A stretch of 63,376 nt of DNA, counting the filler, from Stramenopiles sp. TOSAG23-2 (lineage: Eukaryota): NCBI GenBank assembly GCA_900128395.1. It is 13 parts of 13 records of this genome, joined end to end, with 100 filler letters (N's around TTAATTAATTAA, not from the genome) between each part and the next. Parts side by side here need not be neighbours in the genome. Positions count along the whole stretch, not along the records: positions 11,083 to 16,507 come from LT650669.1; positions 16,608 to 22,029 come from LT650670.1; 11 more parts are not named here. The stretch is one strand, 5' to 3'. Made by a program: the position numbers and the translations under genes. Under the pieces are notes generated by a model. That model worked only from the letters and a program-made list of their open reading frames with translations. It did no database searches and had not been told where the DNA came from. Shown here piece by piece: positions 11,643 to 22,129 of this stretch (position 1 is the first letter of the stretch; each line of letters starts with the position of its first letter).

Positions 11643-12737
11643 ATGTCAAAAGAATTATCTCCACCATATAAAGGAAAAACAGTTCTTGGTACAGAATGGC
11701 GAACAACAACGACTCGAAGCGATGATAATATAGACTACAAATATACTGCTTTATTACCGCGGGTTATGAAACCCTATGAAGGAAACTATGGTAAAACTTG
11801 GGAATTAAAGGCACCACTTCGTTCAGCTAGATGGAAAGAGAAAATGAACGATGTAGATTGGCCTTCAGAGAGAATTACTCATAATGGCCGTTTAAAGGAA
11901 GGGTCAATGTCATCACTTAATAGTGGGCTTTCTCAAAGTTCAGTTCAATCTTTAACTCCTTCATTGTACCATGATAGAGACACGACAACACCGTTGATAC
12001 CTTTGCATAGAAAAACGTTAAAAGTTCCAAAATTAAGTTTCCACGATTTTGAAAGGTTTGCCGCTGAACTCTCCGAGAATGATACTGTACATACGTTAGA
12101 TTTAAGCAATAACGCGCTTGGTGACCTAGGTGCAAAATATTTTGCACTTGCTTTGCATACAAATCAACACCTGGAACACTTAGTTTTATGGGGTAATACA
12201 ATAGGAGATGCCGGTGCAAAAGATTTTGCGAAAGCATTGAGCATTAATGCTTCTCTAAAAAGTCTACAATTGGGTCATAATCGTATCACCAGTGATGGGG
12301 CTATGGCGCTTTTTATAGATGGTTTATGCAACAACAATACAGTAGAAGGATTATTTATGGAAGGTAATTTAATTGATGATTGTGTTGAAGGTGCCTTTTC
12401 AGAAATGTTACAAAATAATACAAGTTTAAAAAGATTAAATTTACGACATAACGAGCTAGAACATTTAAGTGGTATTGATATTGGGAAAGGGTTAGAAACC
12501 AATACGACCTTGCAAGCAATATATTTAGAAAATAACAAATTAGGCGATGAAGGAGCACTTGCAATTGCAATGGCATTGGAAAATAATGAAGAAACAGCTA
12601 TACATAGCTGTCATATGAACAAAAATGGTTTATCAAAAGTTGGACACCAAGCAGTCAAAGCAAGAAAAGCAACGAAAGTGTTGGAAGAAGAAGCACGATT
12701 TCAAGCTGTTTTGGATAATTTAGAAAAGCACAAATAA
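11643..12737 (+). CDS. RNI-like leucine-rich repeat protein
   Basis: Repeats of about 28 aa of the form LxxLxLxxNxIGDxGAxxxAxAL. Confidence 0.9.
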   Translation: MSKELSPPYKGKTVLGTEWRTTTTRSDDNIDYKYTALLPRVMKPYEGNYGKTWELKAPLRSARWKEKMNDVDWPSERITHNGRLKEGSMSSLNSGLSQSSVQSLTPSLYHDRDTTTPLIPLHRKTLKVPKLSFHDFERFAAELSENDTVHTLDLSNNALGDLGAKYFALALHTNQHLEHLVLWGNTIGDAGAKDFAKALSINASLKSLQLGHNRITSDGAMALFIDGLCNNNTVEGLFMEGNLIDDCVEGAFSEMLQNNTSLKRLNLRHNELEHLSGIDIGKGLETNTTLQAIYLENNKLGDEGALAIAMALENNEETAIHSCHMNKNGLSKVGHQAVKARKATKVLEEEARFQAVLDNLEKHK

Positions 12738-12793
12738 AAAAAAGAGAAGAAAAGGATATCACACATATGATGTGCAAAGTTATGTAATATTTA

Positions 12794-12832
<39 letters not shown>

Positions 12833-12914
12833 TTAACTAGAACACGATGCCTCCATTTAAAATACTGCTCTTGTCTCTCCCTTTATGTCTCTCTTTTTCA
12901 CACACACTCTCGCT

Positions 12915-15900
12915 CTATTTTTTAGTAGCAGCAGTATCATTATCCGGCTGTGCATCCTCAACAACTTTTGTCTTCCATTTTAATAATTGGTCTACCATTT
13001 TCGATTTTTTTTCTTTTTGCCATCCAACATTTCCCTCTGTAACCGCTGTAACTTTGTCTTGAGTGTCTGTTCGCATTCTCAACTTGAATTTTTTAATAAC
13101 ATGATCATGCGATTGCAACAATTGGGCTAATAATTTCTTGATTTTATGTGACAAGGGAAGTTGCATTGACCCAGTCAGACCTCGGCCAAATGTCATATCA
13201 GCTAAACGTGCTATTCCTTCTAGAAATTCAACAAAATCAGAATTAACGCCAAGACTATCGGGATCTTTCACGGATGCCATTTGACTAAAAGTATATGCTA
13301 ATTTTATATCTCTCATACGTATTAAGTTCCATGCGGGATAATTTTCCAATGTTTTGATAAATTGATAAAATTCTATCATATCCATCTCTTCTGCATCAGC
13401 AAGTTTCCCTTCAAATGCAAAATGCTCCCCTAAAGAGTAATATCCGTAAATTGCTTGCAGCTCCATGTAATATTTACGAAATATTTCATCAACCTCTTGG
13501 AAATATAATTTCTCGTCCCTAAAACGATTTCTATCATAAAACATGCTCTTATCGTAATCGTCTATGTCTACAAATGCATATGGGATAAGATTATCATCTA
13601 ATAACTTATTAACGGCTTCCACTGGGGATTGAACTACTTTAGTTTTATAGTAGCAATCAATTGCAAGGCGAACAATAAATTCTAAAAATTCAGTTCTAGT
13701 CAATGTTTGAGCTCCGATACTTTGTTTCCCTTCGCTTTTTTTAATCACTGCTTTGGCGTGGTTCAACTTTTGCTTTCGCCGTAGCTCCTCCACGGCTTTT
13801 TCATGATGATCCGCATGATCGCTTACATGTTCTTCAAATACTTCCATTTGCATTTTATGATGTTGTACAACTCTCATAATATTTTTATGGTGATCATCTG
13901 TCCCAGTAACATGTTCAACACGTGAATGGTAATATTCCTTTTTTTGCTCGGCTACAAAATCTTTGTCTGCGGTTTTATTATCCATCGCAGCAGCTAAAAA
14001 TGTCATATCAACATCATGTAGCGTATATTTTCTACTTGGGATTTGGCAATCGTTGACAAAATCTCTCATGCCATTCATTGTCACTTGGATTTCTCTCTTC
14101 ATGCGTTTATTTCCAGTTGCTGCATAAAACATAAATAATTCACGCAAAAGTATAAAATTTTCCTTTAACGTGTCGTGTATTTGCTTTTCTTCGGCTTTAG
14201 ACATTCGAGGTTTAATTATCTTTGTATGGTCTAATACACACCAATCTTCTTCAAATGCCATGCCATTGACTTGCTGTGAATCCCAATAAGAATGTGAATC
14301 ACAGTTAGCAATTCTATCGTGAAATACAGAATGATGCTCGTCCCCTCTAAGTTGGGGTGTGTTGTCATCTTCGTCTTCACTTTCATCTCCTACCTGTAGA
14401 CTATGCCAATCTTCTCCATGATTGACTAAATTTTTGTTTCCTCCACTCCAATTAGTAATTCCTTTATGTTTCCGCTTTTTATTCATCCACCCCATCATTG
14501 AATTAATTAATTTACTACGTTGCACCCTTTTTCGTTTCGGCCATTCTACTTCGATATTAACCTTTACTTTTCTCCTACTTTTGATTAAAAAAAGGACATT
14601 TTTTGCTCGTGCAACTCGTTCAGATAGCTCGAAAACATATTGTATATCTTCATCACCACCTGTAAATTTATCACACGTATTTTCTAATCTCAATTCTCTC
14701 ACTTTATTATTCTTCATCGTTTCTATGATGTGTGCCGTTTCAAATGTTCCGAGTGGATTAAAACCCACATTTATTATTCTAGCCGCGCATTTTTGAGTAG
14801 ACATATGTTCTCTTAATTGCTTTGCGTATATAGGACCCAATCCGTTATGCGAACAATTGTATTCGTTCATATTTTTCTGTAAGACTAGATTGGCAATTTG
14901 AAGCACATGAATATCATCATCGTTTTTGCGGTTCCATATATTATTATTTGAAAAATCAATATTCTGGAGAGATCCCTTTACATCGACAAATGCTTGCGAG
15001 ATAGCGCCTGCGCCAATATTTTTTAAACGATTCCATGATATTTTAAAACTAATAATTCGGTTTTGGCTACCTTCTTTGATCCCCTCGCCTATGGCAACCC
15101 CACCAAGTTCACTAATATCGTTTTCACTTAAGTCTATATCTGTAAATTTTTCATTGTTATCTTCCATCAACACTTCTTTAAACATCTTTGCAAACTTGTC
15201 TGTTAATTTATTATGCCTCACATGCAATTTTTCAATATACGTTGTGGTACTCCGGCTGTTCATATAAAACATTAGTTCCTCTCCGCCTCTATCTCGTAAG
15301 TTACATTTATTTAAAATAAGTTCATTTAGGCTCTTAGCCATTTTTTTAGTCAAGGCGCTCATTAAAATTCTTGCGCCTTGAAATCCGATTGGGTTATCCG
15401 ACAAATTAATGACTTTTAAATGTTCATAATTTTGCAACAGTGGCAACATGTTTTGGATACTAACGCTTGTAATGCCGCTGCCGACTGATTGATATTTCGT
15501 TGCTTTTTTCTTATCGGCTAATATCAACGATTTAGATGGCACAACAGCATATTTACTGCAAGTTTTTATATATTTATTTTCTATTGTGTCAGGGCGAGGT
15601 GTCAATTTAGCAAAATTAGCTAGTCGTCTTTTATCTTTTATTGGCAATTTCTTTAGTATTTCACTTGCACGAGGGGAACCTGGTTCCTTATTTCTCCGTT
15701 GGGCTGTTTTCTTCTTATTCTTTTTTTTCATAATGTCACCGTCATCATCCAAATCAAGATCAAGCAATTTATATTTCTCCTTCCTCAACATATGCCTAAA
15801 GTTATTGCTTAATAATTGCATTTCTTTTTTTCGCAGTAATCTTGCATTTTTTGTTGTCCAACTTTGTAACTCTGCTTCCTTATCTTTATCGACTTTTTTA

Positions 15901-15974
15901 CTTTTGAAACTAAATGGCGATGATATTGCTTTCTTATGCGTTTTGGACACTGGTGATGATGCAGGGGAACTCAT
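12915..15974 (-). CDS. Large RNI-like LRR protein with degenerate EF-hand-like C-terminal region
   Basis: 1019-aa ORF; LRRs (INLSDNPIG, IDLSENDIS); EF-like helices (LTRTEFLEFI, MDMIEFYQFI, DFVEFLEGI). Confidence 0.85.
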   Translation of the reverse strand: MSSPASSPVSKTHKKAISSPFSFKSKKVDKDKEAELQSWTTKNARLLRKKEMQLLSNNFRHMLRKEKYKLLDLDLDDDGDIMKKKNKKKTAQRRNKEPGSPRASEILKKLPIKDKRRLANFAKLTPRPDTIENKYIKTCSKYAVVPSKSLILADKKKATKYQSVGSGITSVSIQNMLPLLQNYEHLKVINLSDNPIGFQGARILMSALTKKMAKSLNELILNKCNLRDRGGEELMFYMNSRSTTTYIEKLHVRHNKLTDKFAKMFKEVLMEDNNEKFTDIDLSENDISELGGVAIGEGIKEGSQNRIISFKISWNRLKNIGAGAISQAFVDVKGSLQNIDFSNNNIWNRKNDDDIHVLQIANLVLQKNMNEYNCSHNGLGPIYAKQLREHMSTQKCAARIINVGFNPLGTFETAHIIETMKNNKVRELRLENTCDKFTGGDEDIQYVFELSERVARAKNVLFLIKSRRKVKVNIEVEWPKRKRVQRSKLINSMMGWMNKKRKHKGITNWSGGNKNLVNHGEDWHSLQVGDESEDEDDNTPQLRGDEHHSVFHDRIANCDSHSYWDSQQVNGMAFEEDWCVLDHTKIIKPRMSKAEEKQIHDTLKENFILLRELFMFYAATGNKRMKREIQVTMNGMRDFVNDCQIPSRKYTLHDVDMTFLAAAMDNKTADKDFVAEQKKEYYHSRVEHVTGTDDHHKNIMRVVQHHKMQMEVFEEHVSDHADHHEKAVEELRRKQKLNHAKAVIKKSEGKQSIGAQTLTRTEFLEFIVRLAIDCYYKTKVVQSPVEAVNKLLDDNLIPYAFVDIDDYDKSMFYDRNRFRDEKLYFQEVDEIFRKYYMELQAIYGYYSLGEHFAFEGKLADAEEMDMIEFYQFIKTLENYPAWNLIRMRDIKLAYTFSQMASVKDPDSLGVNSDFVEFLEGIARLADMTFGRGLTGSMQLPLSHKIKKLLAQLLQSHDHVIKKFKLRMRTDTQDKVTAVTEGNVGWQKEKKSKMVDQLLKWKTKVVEDAQPDNDTAATKK

Positions 15975-16452
15975 AGTTTCTAATGGAAGAATTGTATATA
16001 GATCTGATTTATATATATCGTATATATATTTCAGTTATTTTGTAGTTTGATATATTATTCAATTACTTTATAGTTATATACATTATATATTATACCAGTA
16101 TTTATACAGAGCGGAGAGGTAGTATTATTATTTTTATTATTGCAACTATTATAATAGTGCCACCAGGGGAAGAATGCTGGAATGTAATGTTTTAATGTGC
16201 TAATAATAAATTACCTGGCCTTAGGCTGGTATAATTATTAAATAGTCCTATTCCCTATTCCATATAATATAATACTCCCTATGTCCCTATGCCCTATTAT
16301 TATACCTGGAAATTGGAAATATAGTCTACCAGGTATTACAGTAGTATGTGAATGGTAAATGAAAACGGATCATTTTTCCCACAGAAAAAAACACTGCAGT
16401 CGATCTGGCCCTGGGCTGGCCTTCTGGCCTTCTGGCCTTACTGGCTTACTAG

Positions 16453-16507
16453 ATCTATACGTCGCTACGCTCCTTGCTCCATTTTAAAAGGAGTGTAGCG
16501 TTAGTAT
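16453..16507. repeat. Dispersed ~58-bp hairpin repeat, copy 1 (truncated by contig end)
   Basis: Near-identical to 50954-51011; stem GCTACGCTCCTT/AAGGAGTGTAGC. Confidence 0.8.
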
Positions 16508-16607
16508 NNNNNNNNNNNNNNNNNNNNNNNNNNNNNNNNNNNNNNNNNNNNTTAATTAATTAANNNNNNNNNNNNNNNNNNNNNNNNNNNNNNNNNNNNN
16601 NNNNNNN

Positions 16608-17190
16608 ACGGTACACGCCATGAATGTAATGGTAAAACTTCTGCTGAGTACACGACACCAACTAAAAAACCGGAAAGTCCACTTGCAAATGAACTCATAC
16701 CATCATTCAATAATAATTGCAATGCAAGTAAATAAGTGAATGTCTTATCGGAAAAATCCACACCCAAAATAGAAAAATAACGTGGTGATAATTTTGGTAT
16801 ATGTGCAAAAAATGGTATTAACAACGAGCAAATGATAGGTAAAGGACCAGACGTTAGACGTCTTGGACTGAAACAAACTAAAAATGCTAATTGTATTGTT
16901 AAACCAAGTGTTGCTGATAATATTGTATAGGACGCAAATTTAATCAATCCCATTTTCCGTTCTAATTGACGAAATGTATATAATAAAAATAAACCGCAAA
17001 TGACCTCCCCAAATGATGAAAATAAAATTGTACTTGACATTAAATGTACTGGTGATGCTATGTGTTTCATAGTTAATAATGAAGGTTTTGGTTTCCTACC
17101 AATCCAGTTTAAAATGCTATAACTACCTAATGTTAATGCACATAATCCTTTTGTAACGGGTGCACCATAAAATCCTGTTGCATCAACCAT
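16608..17190 (-). CDS. Rhomboid-like pseudoprotease (UBAC2/Dsc2-like); 3'-partial
   Basis: GFYGAPVTKGL start, LLYTFRQLERKMG, SGP, and FSDKTFTYLLALQL motifs. Confidence 0.8.
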
Positions 17191-17758
17191 TGTTCAATTT
17201 GTATATCTATTCACTTTGTTTCAAATAAACACCTATTTTTTAAACAATAAATAAAAGAATGACAATTCTATAATATTATCTACAATGTCTTCTACAAAAT
17301 ATCGTTTCTTCTATGATTATTTTCTATGAATTCATTAAATATAATAATAGCAACAATACAATAAATATAATAAAAGAATGTTCATTCAACAACACAATTA
17401 TTATTATTTATTATTATTATTGAGGAGGTATAGCTAGCTGGGCTAGCCAGGCTAGCATCTACTGTACAGTACATCAGTACATAGCATGCTTATGGACACG
17501 AATTCACTCTCCAAAATATGTTCCGAAATTTATCCAAATAGATATCAATAATATAATATTTTGTATCATTTACGGAATAATTCGTAATAATAATTTAGTA
17601 GTTGTTGCAGAGGAAGGGAGAGAAGAGAAGATGGATAAACAAAAAAAGATGACTTATATTTTTTAATATATATATATTTGTTGAATAAATACACTCGAGG
17701 AGATACTACACAACATCAACATTACAACATCACAAAAGAAAAAAGAGACAAAAGAACC

Positions 17759-18829
17759 ATGGAAAATCACAATATTACTATTATTATTAATAATAATTTA
17801 TATCCAATTGCAACAACTTTTTCACTATGTCTGTATCTCATTTATAGAAAAAATAAACGTCAACAACAACAAGTACAACAATGTAAAATTAATAATAATA
17901 ATAAAATAGAAAAAATCAAATGGGAAAATCAATCTTCATTTATTAATAAATATGTACTATTAGAAAAACCTGTAATAATTACAAATTTTGTGAAAAAATG
18001 GCCAGCATTTAAAAAATGGACACCTTCATTTTTTTTAAATTATACAATATGTAATAATAATAACAATGTTAATAATACTACTAACAATAATAATTTAAAG
18101 CAAAATGATGATACCGAAAACAAAAAATCTTTATCACCAACAGTTATAGTTTCAATTGGTAATGAAGAATCATCAACATCTAATAGCCATAAAAAAAAAA
18201 TAACATTATGTACATATATGCAAACTATTATGAATTCAAATGGAAATGATATGGGAAAAAAAGAAAAGATAAATTACCCTTATTTAAAGCAATTAGATAT
18301 TTTTCAAATATTACCATCATTGAAAAAAGATATTGATATCAATCCATTTTCAGATTGGTATTCAACTTTCAAAACAACATTTTTATGGATAGGTGGATAT
18401 GGTAGTATGACGGGTATGCACAACGACGATGAAAACAATGTTTTATGTCAGATTTATGGCAACAAAACAGTCTATTTATACCCTCCATCAGCACGTGAAT
18501 ATTTGTACGTCAACTCCATGTATGACTCTGGTACTGAATGCTGTGATGTAGATGTTTTAAACTCGATCGAGGATAATCAAATTAAATATCCAAAATTTAA
18601 TCAAGCGAAATCATTGGAAATTGTCTGTAAATTATCACCAGGTGATATGCTTTATATACCTAAATTTTGGTACCATCAAGTTGTATCTGACCATAACAAT
18701 GTTAGTATAAGTGTAAACCAGTTTGTATCAACACCATATGAATTTTTAAGACATGGATTGAAACGAAACTTTTTTGATTTTTTGCATTTTTATTTATTTT
18801 ACAAGAAGGATAAATGTGTTTGTTGCTGA
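17759..18829 (+). CDS. JmjC/cupin-8 2-oxoglutarate Fe(II) oxygenase
   Basis: TGMHNDD (HxD), QIYGNK, PGDMLYIPKFWYHQV; first ATG at 17759. Confidence 0.92.
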   Translation: MENHNITIIINNNLYPIATTFSLCLYLIYRKNKRQQQQVQQCKINNNNKIEKIKWENQSSFINKYVLLEKPVIITNFVKKWPAFKKWTPSFFLNYTICNNNNNVNNTTNNNNLKQNDDTENKKSLSPTVIVSIGNEESSTSNSHKKKITLCTYMQTIMNSNGNDMGKKEKINYPYLKQLDIFQILPSLKKDIDINPFSDWYSTFKTTFLWIGGYGSMTGMHNDDENNVLCQIYGNKTVYLYPPSAREYLYVNSMYDSGTECCDVDVLNSIEDNQIKYPKFNQAKSLEIVCKLSPGDMLYIPKFWYHQVVSDHNNVSISVNQFVSTPYEFLRHGLKRNFFDFLHFYLFYKKDKCVCC

Positions 18830-19049
18830 GATAATGTGTGGGAATGGAGGAAAACATTACATGGCATATCATACAATCGGGTTCGTAGAAAAAACACATC
18901 TTCGTAAATAAAGAAAGTACGTATGAATATACGAAGTAGATAGGAGTGAGAGAGTGTGTGATATTGCCTTTTTCTCCTCTCCTAGTAAATTTTTTTTGTA
19001 TGAAATATACCATATTTTTAAAATATATATATGTAAAATTTTACCGCGC

Positions 19050-21206
19050 CTATTCCTCTTTTATAGTATCTTCAACTATTTGTTTTGTTTTTTCTGCATC
19101 TTTTACAGCTTCTTTTTCACCATTAAATACAGGCTTTAATGGTGGACTATCTTCCGCAAAGCCATGGAAAGCAAAGATTTGATTTTTAGGTATATCCGAT
19201 ATTTCATCTGCTTTCTCTGGATTAACACATTTAACCATCGTCAATCCGTATTTTCCATCTACACTACTAGAAGCGTCACCGCCCGATTTACTACTACTTT
19301 CATCCGTTCGTGATAAGCACAAACCACCATAAACTAATTTTAATTGTGCATGTGTATTACTATATTCACCTGCTCCAACTGGTATGATTTCCCAATGTTG
19401 TGTAGTTCTCCATGGAGCATTCGGTTCATGTTTCTCTTTCATGATAATATGGTTTACAATGCCAGGTGTCTTACCAGCATCTAATGTGATCATACCATGC
19501 ATTTTCTCGTCTTCAAAATGTGCATCACAACACGTATTTGCTGTACAAGTCGTCGTTGCATTTTTCAAGCAACAACGTGCAAAAGTATTCCCTCCTAAAC
19601 TCATAGCATCTTCTGCACGTATGAAATTCCAACCTTGACATGGTTTAGGCATTTCAGTAGTACTTCCATCTTCGTTCACTTTAACTGCTTTTGCATTTTC
19701 TGCATCACATGCATCTTGGCATGGTTTTGACATTCCTTTAAACGGTTTCATACCAACTTTAATGCTTTCAATATTGAAACATTTTAAATTATTCCCAGGG
19801 CAATATTGAAATCTTCTAGGTGGTTTTGGTACAAGTCCCATTTTTTGAACCGATGGATCCAATGTTAAACATCGTTTTCCTTCACCATTACGTGGTACGT
19901 TGCATATGCGAACGGCACCTGGATGATTACCCTCTAACTTTTGTGCTACGAAAATATTTTTTTCCTTTCCTTTCTTTCCATCTAACGGCTTGCCCTCTTC
20001 ATCTTTTTCTTTCAATTGATCGGCTAATGAGACGCGTTCTACTTCCCATTTTTGGTCAAACGCAGCTTTAATTGGTGCAGCGCGAGAATAACGAGGTTGC
20101 TCCATAGCAGCCAATGCTGGTTTTACCTTGAAATCTTCAGTAGCATTTGCAGGTGGAATGTTCACAGGCAAAGATGTTAAACATGGACTGCCAGGACTTT
20201 CCCCACAAATTGATTTTGGTGCCGGTGGATATAATTTACTTGCTTTCAATTTTAACTCAACGTCTTGTGATCCGTCTAAACTAGCAATTTGTTTCAATTC
20301 CATTTGTTTCCTAGTACTTTCAACCCATTGTATGCGATCACTATGCAACTCAGTACAATAAACATCTACTTTTGGCTTGTTTGTCGTCGCTTTAACAGAT
20401 TTTACTTTCGATACAACACGGAAACAATATTCCATACCTTTAGCTGGTGGTGCACCACCACCACTACCGTCAATGCCAGCTTTTTGCGACGTAATGAAAT
20501 ATTCGCTAGCTGGGCGCACTTCTATGATGTTTTTTATGGAATGTATTATCATTGGCTTTTCACAATTTTGCGCTGCTTTTAAGCTGTCAAAGACACTAAA
20601 ATAATCAGCGTTTAATACACCAAAAACTGGATCAACTGTTCTGACGACTTGACCGTCAACGTTCATTTTATTTATATGTGATAACGGGCTAACATGTACT
20701 GTCCATGGAGCACCGAAACCAGCAACACCCCAATATGTTGAGGACGTGCACATACCAAATTGCCAATAACGTTTACCTAACTTTTTTTGCCAAATAGGTT
20801 TTGGACCACCTTGTTTCATTTCTTTCACTGCCATTTTAACATTTGCTTTGTCAATAGGAGCGTTTTGAAACACTTCCTTTGCAAGTTGTGATAAATGTGG
20901 AGCTTGTTTCTTCAAAATCCTCGTTTGGAGTTTTGCTGCTTCTTCTTGCTCTTTTGGATCACCATTCTCACCTTCTTCCTCCAATTCTGCTGCTTTCTTT
21001 GCATCTTCTTCTTGTGCATCCTCACGATCTTGTTGTTCTACTTGATCTGCAGGATTACTAGCTTCACCATCATCTCCGTCTTCTTTTACACGTCGAATAC
21101 GTTGATATCCTCTTATTTGACTTCCATGAACAGTCTCCAACCTAGTAGCCGTGAATATGATGAGGATAGATATGACTAATAACAATAAACTATGATTCAA
21201 CTTCAT
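19050..21206 (-). CDS. Secreted protein with PH-like, ricin-B-like and PAN/Apple-like domains
   Basis: Signal peptide; YCFRVV..YCT..DRIQWVES (PH-like); CQDAC..CQGWNF..RCCLKN (PAN-like); QHW..GGLCLS..NQIF (ricin-like). Confidence 0.7.
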   Translation of the reverse strand: MKLNHSLLLLVISILIIFTATRLETVHGSQIRGYQRIRRVKEDGDDGEASNPADQVEQQDREDAQEEDAKKAAELEEEGENGDPKEQEEAAKLQTRILKKQAPHLSQLAKEVFQNAPIDKANVKMAVKEMKQGGPKPIWQKKLGKRYWQFGMCTSSTYWGVAGFGAPWTVHVSPLSHINKMNVDGQVVRTVDPVFGVLNADYFSVFDSLKAAQNCEKPMIIHSIKNIIEVRPASEYFITSQKAGIDGSGGGAPPAKGMEYCFRVVSKVKSVKATTNKPKVDVYCTELHSDRIQWVESTRKQMELKQIASLDGSQDVELKLKASKLYPPAPKSICGESPGSPCLTSLPVNIPPANATEDFKVKPALAAMEQPRYSRAAPIKAAFDQKWEVERVSLADQLKEKDEEGKPLDGKKGKEKNIFVAQKLEGNHPGAVRICNVPRNGEGKRCLTLDPSVQKMGLVPKPPRRFQYCPGNNLKCFNIESIKVGMKPFKGMSKPCQDACDAENAKAVKVNEDGSTTEMPKPCQGWNFIRAEDAMSLGGNTFARCCLKNATTTCTANTCCDAHFEDEKMHGMITLDAGKTPGIVNHIIMKEKHEPNAPWRTTQHWEIIPVGAGEYSNTHAQLKLVYGGLCLSRTDESSSKSGGDASSSVDGKYGLTMVKCVNPEKADEISDIPKNQIFAFHGFAEDSPPLKPVFNGEKEAVKDAEKTKQIVEDTIKEE

Positions 21207-21931
21207 GATTGTTTATAATATTTTGTATAAATATCCGTGATTGTTTTTTGTATGTATGTGTACATTTTCTGTAACTCTTTCTTGTACATCTTTATATTTA
21301 ATAATCAATATTTATATAAAACCATGTCTCCCCCATTTTTTTTATAAACACAACATTTTTACTGACGACAACAACACCTTTTTGTGTAATAGCTACTTTA
21401 TTCCTTGATGCTATGAACATGCTAAACATCATGTTAAGGAAATATAATTATATAGAAATAATGATAACATAACTTACACCGTTTTCTGTCGGCAGTCCTG
21501 GCATTAATTACTGGCATTCCTTATTTAGCGCATAGCATAACATAGCAGGTAGCACAATCATAGCACCTTTAACTTGCCGCCAGCTGCCGCCAGCCCAGCC
21601 AGCTTGCCAGCTTGCCCTGGGCTTGCAGCAGCATCATAACATCATACATCATATAGTACCAGCTTATATAATAGGTTAAGGTAGCTGAGCTATTACTGTA
21701 CCAAGTACATATTATATTGCCAAAGAGCAGCCGACCCCCAGCCGACGACGACGACGACGAGATGGAATGAATTTCAAATATTTATTATTCAACACAAGAA
21801 GGTGAACTGGTAAAATGTATAAGAAAAGAGATCGAATACTGGAATATAACAGTACATAGATATAGAACGTATATCTATACCATTTTATATACAACGAAAT
21901 AGACGAATACTATTTAATAATTGATAATAAT

Positions 21932-22029
21932 ATGCAATTTGTACAACCACAAGATGATGAGGATGATTTGGATTTTTTAGATGATTTAAATGATTTAATT
22001 GATAATGATGAAGATAGTGATGAGGAGGA
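21932..22029 (+). CDS. 5' fragment of an acidic protein, cut by contig end
   Basis: ATG followed by open frame MQFVQPQDDEDDLDFLDD. Confidence 0.5.
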
Positions 22030-22129
22030 NNNNNNNNNNNNNNNNNNNNNNNNNNNNNNNNNNNNNNNNNNNNTTAATTAATTAANNNNNNNNNNNNNNN
22101 NNNNNNNNNNNNNNNNNNNNNNNNNNNNN

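Noticed and set aside
18827..18910. Possible selenocysteine or readthrough at JmjC CVCC-TGA
   Set aside because: No SECIS recognisable, the extension is short and featureless, and a Cys-rich terminus is a plausible natural end.
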